From positions 30,504,001-30,568,000 of the forward strand of contig NC_042997.1 of the NCBI RefSeq assembly GCF_006345805.1: a DNA stretch of 64,000 nt. The letters are read 5' to 3'. Made by a program: the position numbers and the translations under genes. Below, piece after piece: positions 1-12,008 of the stretch. The stretch's first letter is position 1; every line of letters begins with the position of its first letter. The notes below the pieces were generated by a model, which worked only from the letters and a program-made list of their open reading frames with translations, did no database searches and was not told where the DNA came from. Source of the DNA: Octopus sinensis (lineage: Eukaryota).

Positions 1-135
1 TTATTTTTATTTTTTCTTCCTTGTTCGATTTCTTTTCGTATTTTTATTTGTATTTGTAGTTTTATATTGTCTTTGTAATGTATAACCTCTGTATTTAGCC
101 CCTTGTGGATAATAAAAAAACGAGGACGTTGGTGT

Positions 136-175
136 TACCTTGGCGGAGGTTTGCGCTCTCTGAGTGCTCTTGTTA
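136..175 (+). mobile_element. Helentron-associated (HINE-like) element terminus
   Basis: ccttggcggaggtttgcgctctctgagtgct resembles the terminal motif of HINE/DINE-like elements (recognised by eye). Confidence 0.4.
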
Positions 176-254
176 TTATTAAGGTGGAGAGCTGTTAGAA
201 TTATAAGCGCTTCGGCCAAAATGCTTAGCTGCATTTCTTCTGATTCATACTTAC

Positions 255-560
255 AGCCTTCTCCATCAAACCTCATTTGGCACAGCCACAAGGCAGGGAA
301 GCTGCCTGTCTTTCTGGTCAAAGGAAGACGGCGGGGCTATCTTCACAACGGTGTCGGCTGGTAGTCGGATCTCTCTTGCTTGCAACGGTATGTTTGACAG
401 AAATGATCAAGCACCGTAGGAGTTGGTGCAGGACTGTTTCGTTGCTCTGTGCGCATCTCGAGTAGACTCGGCTGAAGGTACTATTATACATGTAGAATTT
501 ATCCTGAACCTGTAGCGCTACAAGACCAGAGATTTCGGGAAATTATATTTAGGCTCTGGA
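255..560 (-). mobile_element. Degenerate Tx1/L1-clade LINE ORF2 C-terminal fragment
   Basis: Minus-strand translation ALQVQDKFYMYNSTFSRVYSRCAQSNETVLHQLLRC resembles the LPVRDKL...CxRC...ETVLH...C zinc-finger region of L1/Tx1 ORF2. Contains stops. Confidence 0.6.
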
Positions 561-677
561 TAGAAAAATCTCCACTCCGTTTGACAGGCGGGTAAGATCC
601 ACGAGAGGGAGCTAAAAAGTTCCTGCTTTGGGATAAAAGAAAATACAGGAGGATTAGTTAATTGATTTTATTCAACA

Positions 678-1010
678 CTAGCAGTATCGCCCGGCGTTGC
701 TCGGGTTTGTAAGGGAAATAACTATATAAGCATTTTTAGAGAGTTACTTCCCTTATAGATGCCAATTCGGGCTTTCTTAGCCATTTCTGTTTTGGTGTCT
801 TCAAGCCATGAAGTCGTTGTTCTAAAAGAACGCTGGTCTCCTTGACAACGCTTTACGGCGTTGATTTCCTTACACTCCCTTCCCCACAGCTTCACGAGGG
901 AGGGAAGAAGGGGGAGAAGCAAACACATGTGCAGGTGTTTGAGCGTGGACACCAACTCCGCCGTCATCGACACACGAAAAATTATGCATTAAATGGAATA
1001 AAAAATGATG
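678..1010 (-). mobile_element. Non-autonomous Helitron, 3' end
   Basis: Minus strand ends in hairpin cccgagcaacgccggg followed by CTAG|T. Body runs into the gap. Confidence 0.6.
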
Positions 1011-1110
1011 NNNNNNNNNNNNNNNNNNNNNNNNNNNNNNNNNNNNNNNNNNNNNNNNNNNNNNNNNNNNNNNNNNNNNNNNNNNNNNNNNNNNNNNNNN
1101 NNNNNNNNNN
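1011..1110. other. Assembly gap (100 N)
   Basis: Run of n characters. Confidence 1.
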
Positions 1111-1335
1111 ACTCTGCTCTATATAATGTTTGTTTTACGCTCGATTTTGCTTTCTTTTTACGATTTTTTTTTCTTAAATTTAAACACAAGGTCAACAGTT
1201 TTTGAGGGTGGGGTTTCTGGATAACATTGACATCTATACTTAAATGGTACTTCAATTTATTAATCCAGAAGGGATTTGAATTCATAACATCTAGAACCGA
1301 AACAAATAGTGCAAGAAATTTTTCTGACGCTTTAA

Positions 1336-1766
1336 CGATTCGGAAAGACTTCCATTTGTATCCCTCCATGAATTTTTTTTTTAATATTAGACATATTAGA
1401 CATGGTGGAAAATTGATTTCCTACCATGTCTTATAATAATAAAGATGAGAAAGTCATAAAAATTAAGAATTTCTATTAAAAAAAATTCATTTCTGTATTA
1501 TATATATTCATGTCCCAGTTTGCCTAACCTTAAGACATAATTGCCTAACTATGAAATTTGCTTAACATTGGGACATGAATAGGCATATACATATAGGCGC
1601 AGGAGTGGCTGTGTGGTAAGTAGCTTGCTTACCAACCACATGGTTCCGGGTTCATTCCCACTGCGTGGCACCTTGGGCAAGTGTCTTCTACTATAGCCTC
1701 GGGCCGACCAAAGCCTTGTGAGTGGATTTAGTAGACGGAAACTGAAAGAAACCTGTCGTATATATG

Positions 1767-1803
<37 letters not shown>

Positions 1804-2158
1804 CTGTGTTTGTGCCCCCAACATCGCTTGACAACCGATGGTGGTTTGTTTACGTCCCCGTAACTTAGCGGTCCAGCAACAGAGACCGATAGAATAAGTA
1901 CTAGGCTTCCAAAGGATAAGTCCTGGGCTCGATTTGCTTGACTAAAGGCGGTGCTCCAGCATGGCCACAGTCAAATGCGTGAAGCAAGTAAAAGAGTAAT
2001 ATAGAAATGAAGTTTTTTTTAATAGAAATTCTTAATTTTTTATGACTTTCTCATCATTATTATTAATAAGACATGGTAGGAAATCAATTTTCCACTATGT
2101 CTAATAATTTTTTTAAAATTTTATGGAGGGGTACAAACGGAAGTCTTTCAAACGATTC
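1336..2158. mobile_element. Foldback/MITE-like element with ~170-bp inverted arms, interrupted by SINE-A
   Basis: About 1336-1515 is the reverse complement of 1569-1581 plus 1999-2158. SINE-A sits inside the right arm. Confidence 0.75.
1596..1998 (+). mobile_element. tRNA-derived SINE family A
   Basis: Head ggcgcaggagTGGCTGTGTGG...GGTTCATTCCC (A/B boxes), internal (TA)n(TG)n, tail gaaacaagtaaaagagta. About 11 copies in the window. Confidence 0.9.
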
Positions 2159-2476
2159 TACCAAGCCACAAGATCTCAATTTTGAGCGGGGTCTATAATC
2201 AATTATGTCGTCCCTAGTACATTACTGATATTTATTTCGCTTGACCTGTTAAAAATAGCAGCCAAAAAATTCTTGCATTACACACTGTTGTCTTTAAAAG
2301 AAGAGGAGGGCGTTTTGAATCGTGTAATCCTATGATATATCATATTGTATAATGAAAGAAAGGCGGGAGGATGATGGCTGGAAGGACTTTCATCATAAGG
2401 ACTTTGATCAGTTGACTTGTTGCTAAACAACGACAGCAACAACAATGACAAGAACAGATGACTTTTTTTACCGACA

Positions 2477-3172
2477 CTAGGGATAGATGAGAATCAAAGG
2501 AGGGTGGAAAAGAAAAAGAAAGAAAGAAAGAAAGGAAGGAGAAGAAGGAAATATATTAAGACAAAGAAATAAGGAAGGAAGAGAAATGGAGAAAGAAAGA
2601 AAGAAAGAACGAAAGAAATAGAGAAAGAAAGAAATGAAAGAAAGAAAGAAGTGAAGGGAGAAAGAAATGGAAAAGGGAAGAAGGAAAGAAAAAGAAATGA
2701 AGAAAGAATGAAATGGAGGAAAAAGAAACAAAGAAAAAATGAAGGAGAAAGAAAGACAGAAAGAAATAGAGAAAGAAAGAAATGAAAGAAACAAACATAG
2801 AAAGAAGAAGAAATGAAAGAAAGAAAAATGAAAGAAAGAAAGAAGTGAAGGAAGAAAGACATGGAAAAGGGAAGAAGGAAAGAAAAAGAAATGAACAAGG
2901 AATGAAATGGAGAAAAGAGAAAACAAAGAAAAAATGAAGGAGAAAGAAAGACAGAAAGAAATAGAGAAAGAAATGAAAGAAACAAACATAAGAAGAAAGA
3001 AAGAAAGAAAGAAAGAAAGAAGTGAAGGATGAAACAAATGGAAAAAGGAAGAAGGAAAGAAAAAGAAATGAACAAGGAATGAAATGGAGAAAAGAGAAAA
3101 CAAAGAAAAAATGAAGGAGAAAGAAAGAAAAAAAGAAATAGAGAAAGAAAGAAATGAAAGAAACAAACATGA

Positions 3173-3205
<33 letters not shown>

Positions 3206-3560
3206 AGTGAAGGATGAAAGAAATGGAAAAGGGAAGAAGGAAAGAAAAAGAAATGAAGAAAGAATGAAATGGAAAAAAAAAAGAAAACAAAGAAAAAATG
3301 AAGGAGAAAGAAAGAAATGGAGAAAGAAAGAAAGAAAGAAAAAATGAAGGAGAAAGAAAGAAAGAAAAAACAAATGAAAGAAGGAAGGAAGGAACAAAAG
3401 AAAAAGGAAAAGAAAGAATGTAAGGAATGGTGTAAGAACAGTGAAAGATGGGAAAAGAAAATGAAGGCAAATGGAAACATGAAATATGGTAAGAATAAAG
3501 TAAATAAAGACTTCGAAAAAGAAAAGAAGACAAGACACAAAGAATGAATGAGCAGCAGAA
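2477..3560. repeat. Polypurine (GAAA-based) block with ~185-bp higher-order repeat
   Basis: Almost purely A/G on +. The anchor atggaaaagggaagaaggaaagaaaaagaaatgaa recurs near 2667, 2862, 3039 and 3223. Confidence 0.85.
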
Positions 3561-3699
3561 TAGTGAAAAAGGAAAACAAGAATGAGTTGAATTTGTAATG
3601 ATAACAAAAATGGGGTGGAAAGATTCAGAAATAGCAGAATCAACAGGCTCTTTAACTAGATGTCTAGACAGAATAGCAAGTGCATCGCCTCTGTGTTTG

Positions 3700-3714
3700 T
3701 GTGTGTGTGTACAA

Positions 3715-3775
<61 letters not shown>

Positions 3776-3928
3776 TGTATGCCGCCATTTTGGAGGATTT
3801 TTTTTTTTTTTGTCTTTCGTATTGGGGAATTCCTGTCTGGAAAAGGTTGGTTGGTCGATGGATTTAAGCATCAGATACCAGGCACCGTGCCAATGTAAAC
3901 ACGAACAGCAGTATAAAATAGATAGAGA

Positions 3929-3986
<58 letters not shown>

Positions 3987-4030
3987 TTGTGAGTTGTGTG
4001 TGTGGGTTGTGTGTGTGTGGGTGTGTGTGT
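3700..4030. repeat. Compound microsatellites (GT/CA/TA, GA)
   Basis: Directly visible dinucleotide runs. Confidence 0.95.
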
Positions 4031-4414
4031 TGACATGTATGTGTGTATTAACTGTAGATAAACAGAGAAAAATGGAAAGAAAGAGTCGTTAATGTTACTA
4101 TTGCTTAGCCTCATGTTCAGCAGACCTTTGTTCAGCAGACCATGATCGACTCCATTTTTTGTATATTTAGGCAAGATGTGTACAACCCTTTTTGGCATGG
4201 TACTGTGTGATATAAGATAATCTGGCTGCTATTCTGAACGTGTCGGGCAATCGCGTAAAGGCTTCCCTCTTGATTCGAGATAGTAGAGATAGAAAACATT
4301 ATCTTTACTTGCTTTCTAAAGTTCCGTCTGGTTAAATTATAGAAGGGTTATAATGTAGTGATGACATGGATGGATGAACGGACAGACGGGCGGAAAGACT
4401 GGAAGATAGACCTG

Positions 4415-4417
<3 letters not shown>

Positions 4418-4478
<61 letters not shown>
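4418..4478. repeat. (AGAT)n/(AGAC)n microsatellite
   Basis: Direct read. Confidence 0.95.
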
Positions 4479-4800
4479 TTTAATCATCTCCCTTAAATTT
4501 CAGGCTTTGTACCTATATTGTACACAATTCTTGTTGTTGTTGTTGATTGCCATGGACAGACATTTGTCATAGACATCTCAAAGAAAGTGGAATTTTACAA
4601 TGTTTTACTTTATGTAATAGAGCCATTTTTCTTATTATTTTACCAAGGGAACATTTTTATGACCACTTCGTTTGCCTTGGGATAAATAATTAGGGTTTGT
4701 GTTTGGACATTTTCGTATTTGGTAAACATTCTATACTATGTTTTCAAGATGGCCCCTTCTTATGAAGGCGCGAGAAGAGGTGTTCACCACGGTTTTTGTA

Positions 4801-5005
4801 TCTCTAATGTAAACATGCCGAAAAATTGGACATATTGTTCATTAACCATGTAATTTTTTCACAATACGCAAGCTACTGGAAAAAAGTTGGACAGAAATTT
4901 ACCGATTTCAGGGTTAGCTTATAACAGCCCTCCCTTCGTCAGTGATACAAAATTATATGGTTAATGGACAATATGTCCAATTTTTCGGCATATTTGGCAT
5001 TAGAA
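4801..5005. mobile_element. MITE with ~55-bp imperfect TIRs
   Basis: atgccgaaaaattggacatattgttcattaaccatgtaatttt versus aaaattatatggttaatggacaatatgtccaatttttcggcat. Confidence 0.7.
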
Positions 5006-5420
5006 ATTTTTTCGTTTGCCCTTATTTATGAATTGTTTATAATTTTAACCTTTAAAGGTATTTTTTAATATGTTGGCCATTGATAAAATTTTTTTTTGAA
5101 AAAAAATTTTTTTCGAAAAAAATGTTATCCTACATTTCGATCTAATGTAAACAGATATTCTTCAAAGCGTTTAATTAAACACGCAGAGAATTTAGACAAA
5201 ATGAACAGCACAGAAAATCTCCATTAATCGGAAAATAGTATGACATACCCGATTGTCAGTAATTTTTACTATGCTTCACCTTCTTTTTTATTGTAAGAAA
5301 GTAAGAAAGAAAATTCACCTGCCACTAAGTGGTTTGTTTCTACCTTTACCTATTTGTATACTGTCCATCCATAAATTGAAATGTCTTCTAGTGTTAACAT
5401 GAGTGACTAAGTTAGGAAAA

Positions 5421-5825
5421 ATGTAAAAAGAGAGCCTGTAACTCTAACATTGCACCAGAAAATTTAAATTATGCAACGTTTGAAGATAAGTAAAAATTCG
5501 GGGCGTTAGCATGCGTGAATATAACATAGCTTCTTTAATAGTTTATGACATTGGAAACAAAAGATACAAAGATAAGTAACAGTGTTAATGTATACCTTTT
5601 ACTTATCTCTGTGTAGAAGTAAAGGTGTTGATTGAAAATAGACTTCAGAAGTAGGTGCAAGTTTTATCTAAGTGGTTTAGTGCAAAACGATCTGAGAGTA
5701 CTCTTATTTCAGGGTCAATGGTCATTCTAAAGGCTAAGCGGTTTCACGAAGATATGGGTATCGCAGAGGCTTGCGTGTTTTTTCCAGTTGGGTGATTTAG
5801 AAACTTTATAAGGCGGCATTCGTAA
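5421..5825 (+). pseudogene. Degenerate pogo/Tigger transposase N-terminus
   Basis: KREPVTLTLHQKI*IMQRLK (psq-type HTH) and LSKWFSAKRSESTLISGSMVILKAKRFHEDMGI...G*FRNFIRRH (CENP-B HTH). Stops and frameshifts. Confidence 0.6.
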
Positions 5826-5925
5826 AGTTAATTTATCCCTCGAAAAGAAAAAATATATAGATTAAGTTACATATTTGATGACCTGGTTTAAAAAATATCA
5901 TTTAACTCTAGAAAGCAGATTTTAC

Positions 5926-6342
5926 CCTCTTTACTCTTTTACTCTTTTACTTGTTTCAGTCATTTGACTGCGGCCATGCTGGAGCACCGCCTTTAGTCGA
6001 GCAACTCGACCCCCGGGACTTATTCTTTTGTAAGCCCAGTACTTATTCTATCGGTCTCTTTTTGCCGAACCGCTAAGTAATGGGGACATAAACACACCAG
6101 CATCGGTTGTCAAGCAATACTAGGGGGACAAACACAGACACACAAACACACACACGCATATATATATATATACACATATATACGACGGGCTTCTTTCAGT
6201 TTCCGTCTACCAAATCCACTCACAAGGCTTTGGTCGGCCCGAGGCTATAGTAGAAGACACTTGCCCAAGGTGCCACGCAGTGGGACTGAACCCAGAACCA
6301 TGTGGTTGGTTAGCAAGCTACTTACCACACAGCCACTCCTGC
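5926..6342 (-). mobile_element. SINE family A
   Basis: Full-length reverse-complement copy. Confidence 0.9.
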
Positions 6343-6486
6343 TAATCTTTTTTGAATGAGTTTAAGTAATATCCCACATATTGGATAATCTGGCACTATG
6401 AAGGCCCTTACGAGCACTTGAATAGCAGAACTGTATTCACACCAAACACATCAAATACGTTGGACAACACAACAAACACTGTAAGG

Positions 6487-6678
6487 CAGTGGTTCCCAAA
6501 CTTTTTAGAGTCGCGACCCACTATTTATCACACCAGTTTATGACGACCCACTTAACTCTACTGAGTATCTCGATAGACAGCAGTTAATCAAAGCTAATGC
6601 GTAATTTTTTAACTTTTTGCGACCCACTTCCGTTCGCGACCCATCTTTGGGTCGCGACTCATAGTTTGGGAACCACTG
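6487..6678. mobile_element. hAT (Charlie-like) MITE
   Basis: TIR cagtggttcccaaact / agtttgggaaccactg. Perfect 8-bp TSD ctgtaagg at 6479-6486 and 6679-6686. Confidence 0.92.
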
Positions 6679-7208
6679 CTGTAAGGGATACTTCAAATGG
6701 AAACATTGTAAAACCCAATATTAACAGTTTCTCTACCACGCTAGCTAAATGCTCAAGTTTGGTTGATTCCTGTAAAAGAATATAAGGGAGAGTGATGTTG
6801 CAACGGTCAGAGACTCCTTGGCTTCGGAATACATCAAAGAACTGGTAAGAGAGATGGTAGCTTACCTCTGTATTGCCAAACGTGGAGAGAGCTTCTATAT
6901 GCCTACAAAATAATAGGCAAAAGAGGCCTTGGTCGATGTTTGGAACGATGTTAGTTCTTTCTACCAAGTAGGGGTACATGGAAGTGCATACCTGATTTTA
7001 CAAAACAGCGGACGAGGCGAAGCTGATTGCCTGGTCGATCACGTGATCACGTGATATGTCCATCACACACACACACACATACTCACACGCACGTCTGAAG
7101 GTGTAGTCACGTATCTGCGCCTGCGAAGCTTGGAGTAATGTTGAAGCTGAATCAACTTGTTATTAAATATTTATTCCAACACCCTATATTGAGTGCTACT
7201 TATATATA

Positions 7209-7645
7209 GGCGTAGGAGTGGCTGTGTGGTAATTAGCTTGTTTACCAACCACATGGTTCTTGGTTCAGTCCCACTGCGTGGCACCTTCGGCAAGTGTCTT
7301 CTACTATAGCCTCGGGTCGACCAAAGCCTTGTCAGTGGATTTAGTAGACGGAAACTGAAAGAAGCCCGTCGTATATATGTATATATATATATGTGTGTGT
7401 GTGTGCGCGCGCGCGCGTGTATGAGTGTGTGTGTGTGTCGGTGTTTGCCCCCCCCCCCCAACATCGCTTGAAAACCGATGCTGGTGTGTTTACGTCGCGT
7501 AACTTAGCGGTTCGACAAAAGAGACCAATAGAATAAGTACTAGGCTTACAAAGAATAAGTCCTGGGGTCGATTTGCTCGACTAAAGGCGGTGCTCCAGCA
7601 TGGCCACAGTCAAATGACTGAAACAAGTAAAAGAGTAAAAGAGTA
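7209..7645 (+). mobile_element. SINE family A
   Basis: Full-length copy. Confidence 0.9.
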
Positions 7646-8036
7646 TATATAAGGTACTGGTCAAGCTACGTTTACCTTAGTAGACACTTGCACTAGGTGC
7701 CACGTAATGAGACCTAACCTTAAACTTCTTTGTCAAGAAGCAAGTCTTAACTACACGGCTATGCATACAACTACCACAACCCTTTCCAATATAATTGTTT
7801 CAATTTAACGTATGTCAAACAAGTACAACTCTGACATAATGTAGAAAAAAGATAAATATAACAGAAAATGTAGTGAATATATGTAATTATGAAATTACTG
7901 TGGATGCTACGTACATTTAGCAGGTAGTGTAAGGTGACGGGATGGAACTAAGGAACGAGACAGCGATAAACTCGGAAGGGCGCGGGTGGCGGAAACAGGA
8001 AGAGAGATGTAAGGAAGGAGACGATTAATGGCTGTT

Positions 8037-8053
8037 GGTAGTAGTAGCAGCAA

Positions 8054-8137
<84 letters not shown>

Positions 8138-8220
8138 CAGCAATAGTAGTAGCAGCGGCGGTGACGGCAACAGTAATGGAGGTAATACGGATAGTAAGGT
8201 AGTAGTAGTAGTAGTAATAG
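8037..8220. repeat. (GTA)n trinucleotide repeat
   Basis: Direct read; explains the poly-S and poly-L ORFs. Confidence 0.95.
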
Positions 8221-8243
8221 CTATGGTAGTAGATATTGTTGCT

Positions 8244-8660
8244 TAGTCCATTGTTGCTCGTGGTCGAGCAGACTCATGATCAAAGGTATTCCATCCGTGG
8301 CCATCCTGTCTTTTTCTTGTGTTAAAATCTCAGCACCACATTATACAATATTATTTTCTATGATAGTAAGTAGGATGTGATCTGAGGGAGGTTTAGCTGT
8401 TAGTTCTAACAGATCGAGTGACCACGTAGTGGTTCCTCTTTGGCTCGTGTCAGTGGTGGTTATTGGTGATTTGGGTGACGTTGTTGTTTAGCTCCATATC
8501 AAATCTGCTTTGAACTAACAAAGCTATAATCACAGGCATTCCAACCATGACCATCCAATATTTTGGCCTGGCACATTGTAACCCAAGGTTACAGTCACCG
8601 ACGTGTTCTGTTGTTGTTTTTAACGCTATAAGGTTATTTAACTGCTATTTGTAGCAGGGT
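8244..8660 (+). mobile_element. Degenerate interspersed repeat family D (two copies)
   Basis: Motif gttgttgtttag...cagacctatgatcaaaggcattcca.ccatgaccatc...gatttgagggag..tt.gctgcta. Other diverged copies near 2240-2450(-), 4100-4260, 14270-14460, 27780-27990(-), 31060-31200, 36845-37040, 37680-37860(-), 44740-44890(-). Confidence 0.6.
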
Positions 8661-8871
8661 GAAATCGGACTCTCACTGCTATTGCTGTTTAGTCCCAGGT
8701 CAGCCTAAATCGCGCAATTTTTTGTTAAGATGCTTGGAAGCTAATTTTGAGCAGAGCTCCAAGTGGATAGAGCTGAGGCGAAGTGTGAACTAAGTGAAAA
8801 TTGCCAGAGAGAATGTTATCTACGAAGGTTTAGCTGAGATGGCGAACGTGTGCATCGTTTCTGTTATGTAT

Positions 8872-9254
8872 TGGAAGCACTCCGTCGGTTACGGCGACGA
8901 GGGTTCCGGTTGTTCCGAATCAACGGAACAGCCTGCTCGTGAAATTAACGTGTAAGTGGCTGAGCACTCCACAGACACGTGTACCCTTAACGTAGTTCTC
9001 GGGGATATTCAGCGTGACACAGAGAGTGACAAGGCCGGCCCTTTGAAATACAGGTACAACAGAAACAGGAAGTAAGAGTGAGAGAAAGTTGTAGTGAAAG
9101 AGTACAGCAGGGATCACCACCATCCCCTGCCGGGGCCTCGTGGAGCTTTAGGTGTTTTCGCTCAATAAACACTCACAACGCCCGGTCTGGGAATCGAAAC
9201 CGCGATCCTATGACCGCGAGTCCGCTGCCCTAACCACTGGGCCATTGCGCCTCC
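8872..9254 (-). mobile_element. tRNA-derived SINE family B
   Basis: Reverse complement of ggaggcgcaaTGGCCCAGTGGttagg...gtttcgattccc...gtaaccgacggagtgcttcca. Confidence 0.9.
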
Positions 9255-9663
9255 ACGACCGTTATGTATTACCACCTAACTATCGTAATTTGCTGCAGTT
9301 TTTCTTCTGGCAGATTGGGGTGTTCTATTCTTCTGCTTCTTATGGAAGGGAAGCTTTTCACTGATCAGATTGCCCGTCTGTTTTGTTTTCTTTTGTTCTT
9401 TTTTAACACACACCCAGCACGGGTATACACTAAGGTCATCGTATCTGCAAAGATTCCCAGGTGGTGAACAGGTAAGGTTGCCCTTTTTCATGCACGTTTT
9501 ACTTCAGCTTGTCTCGAGGAAGCGGCTATCTTGATTCAGATGAAGACCATGACTGGACACCTGACGTTTTAAAAATTGTCAAACATTTACAGCCCTTTAT
9601 CAGTTGAACAATGATTGGTATAACTTCTATGATGGCATTCTACGGGATAGTAGTGTTGGAGAT

Positions 9664-10046
9664 GGAGGCGCAATGGCCCAATGGTTAGGGCAGCGGACTC
9701 GCGGTCCTAGGATCGCGGTTTCGATTCCCAGACCGGGCGTTGTGAGTGTTTATTGAGCGAAAACACCTAAAAGCTCCACGAGGCTCCGGCAGGGGATGGT
9801 GGTGATCCCTGCTGTACTCTTTCACCACAACTTTCTCTCACTCTTACTTCCTGTTTCTGTTGTACCTGTATTTCAAAGGGCCGGCCTTGTCACTCTCTGT
9901 TTCACGCTGAATATCCCCGAGAACTACGTTAAGGGTACACATGTCTCTGGAGTGCTCAGCCACTTACACGTTAATTTCACGAGCAGGCTGTTCCGTTGAT
10001 CGGATCAACCGGAACCCTCATCGTCGTAACCGACGGAGTGCTTCCA
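9664..10046 (+). mobile_element. SINE family B
   Basis: Full-length, near-identical to 8872-9254 in the opposite orientation. Confidence 0.9.
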
Positions 10047-10049
10047 TCC

Positions 10050-10560
10050 AGTGTTGGAGACAAGTAATGGTGGCAGAGAGTGACATGTCCTCATGGAAAA
10101 TCCAGGCATTGTCATGAACGAACTGACTAGTCTGTTCCGAATGACCTCCCGCTCAAGGCCAATGGATGACTTTCAGATATCCTTGGCCTGAAAGTACTAT
10201 AGGAGTGCATCGACAATTCTAGATAAAGTCTACGGGCACCGAAGTGCCCTCAGCTGGACCTGTCTGAAGTGCTTGTAGCGAAAAAAGCGTTTTGCTCTCT
10301 TTCATTCGTTGTCAGAGTTTTGCAGACTTGGGGAGTTTTGTCGGAAAGCTGTTGTCCCGCAGAAGACAAATGTGGCTCATAATGTAAGCTCAGTACTTCA
10401 GCAGCTCTGAAGGGCAGTTTGAGAAAATATTTCCCCAACTGAACACCGTTCTCTGTTGTATTTCGAAACTGATTGGTAATATCGGCAGATTTGAAACCCT
10501 GACTCTTTCGATTCTTGCGCAACAATTCTATCAACTTGTCCTCGTTCGTCGGCATCTTCT
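10050..10560 (-). mobile_element. Degenerate LINE ORF2 (RT N-terminal) fragment, L1/Tx1-like
   Basis: Minus frame PTKLPKSAKL*QRMKESKTLFSLQALQTGPAEGTSVPVDFI*NC...GQGYLKVIH resembles the 'E..AL..L..GK.PG.DG.P.EFY' segment preceding RT domain 1. Heavily mutated. Confidence 0.45.
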
Positions 10561-10599
10561 TATCACAGTAATGAGAAAACAGAATAAATATACAAAATA

Positions 10600-10740
10600 T
10601 AAGGTTGTCCCAAAAGTTCGTAGAAAGTCTTGGAAAATAATGGTCTTTATTTTGAGGAATAATTTTTGTTGTTTTTGTTAGTACTTGGCGAGTAAAAATT
10701 CAATTTTCGCAAGTGCTTACGAACTTTTGGGACAACCTAA
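10600..10740. mobile_element. Mariner-type MITE (141 bp)
   Basis: TIR taaggttgtcccaaaagttcgta / tacgaacttttgggacaacctaa, TA on both flanks. Second copy at 44083-44223. Confidence 0.9.
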
Positions 10741-11139
10741 TATATTACACTTCCTAGATATGATGGATTCATTTGATTTCCTTTACGTCGGCACCAACAA
10801 ATTGAGGAAAGCATGAACGTCATAGAATCTCATTTTCCCCACTCCTACATAAAAAAACAAGGCTTTGAAACCAGGAAAACTCCTACCTAATTAATGAATT
10901 CTACATGTATTCACACGTATGAGTATTTTTCTAATTTTGAGTATACGTACCGGTGTTTGTTTATGCTCCTCTTTATTTGCGTATGCGTTTATGAATGAAC
11001 GTGTGTGTGCGCGCACGCCTATCAAGCACTTTGAGGAAACACTATGTAGTCTGACTTATCTCAAGTAGAGTTAATTAGGGAATTGCTTCTTGAAGCAATT
11101 TCTGTAGTGAGGAAATCTCTCTCTACCAATAGCTGTGTG

Positions 11140-11151
11140 CACACGCACGTG

Positions 11152-11185
<34 letters not shown>

Positions 11186-11249
11186 AGCGGGCGTATGTAT
11201 ATATGTGTACAAGTGCGAACATATATGTATATGTAAGCGTTTATTTGTA

Positions 11250-11286
<37 letters not shown>

Positions 11287-11299
11287 GTGCGTGTGTGTG

Positions 11300-11342
<43 letters not shown>

Positions 11343-11486
11343 CATATATTATACATATATAAATACATATATATATACATATATAAATACATATATATAT
11401 ATACATATATATATACATATATATATATATTATATATATATATATATATACATATATATAATATATATATACATATATATATATAC

Positions 11487-11519
<33 letters not shown>

Positions 11520-11975
11520 CATATATAACATATATATATACATATATATATATATACATATATATATATACATATATATATACATACATATATATATATA
11601 TATTATATATATATATATATATACAATATATATATACATATATATACATATATATATATACATATATATACATATATATATTATACATATATATATACAT
11701 ATATATATATACATACATATATATATACTATATATATATATATAATATATATATATATATACATATATTATATATACATATATATACATATATATATATA
11801 TATATAACATATATATATACATTAATATATACATATATATACATATATATATATACACATATGTATGTATATATATATATATATATATATACACATACTA
11901 CACATACTACGCACACACATACATATGTTTTCATTCACATTTATACATTCCCTCTCCCTTTCTCTCTCCTACTAC

Positions 11976-12008
<33 letters not shown>

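Noticed and set aside
2477-3788. Three 361-410 aa F/L/S-rich minus-strand ORFs resembling membrane proteins
   Set aside because: All three frames are open because the (CTTT)-like strand lacks stop codons; low-complexity artefact.
9664-9740. tRNA-like A/B-box sequences at SINE heads as tRNA genes
   Set aside because: No canonical cloverleaf or anticodon loop, and always fused to a SINE body.
9796-9999. Recurrent ORFs MVVIPAVLFHH..., MFSLNKHSQ..., MLGGQTQTH..., MSSNARGTNT...
   Set aside because: They recur only because they lie within SINE copies; no coding signal.
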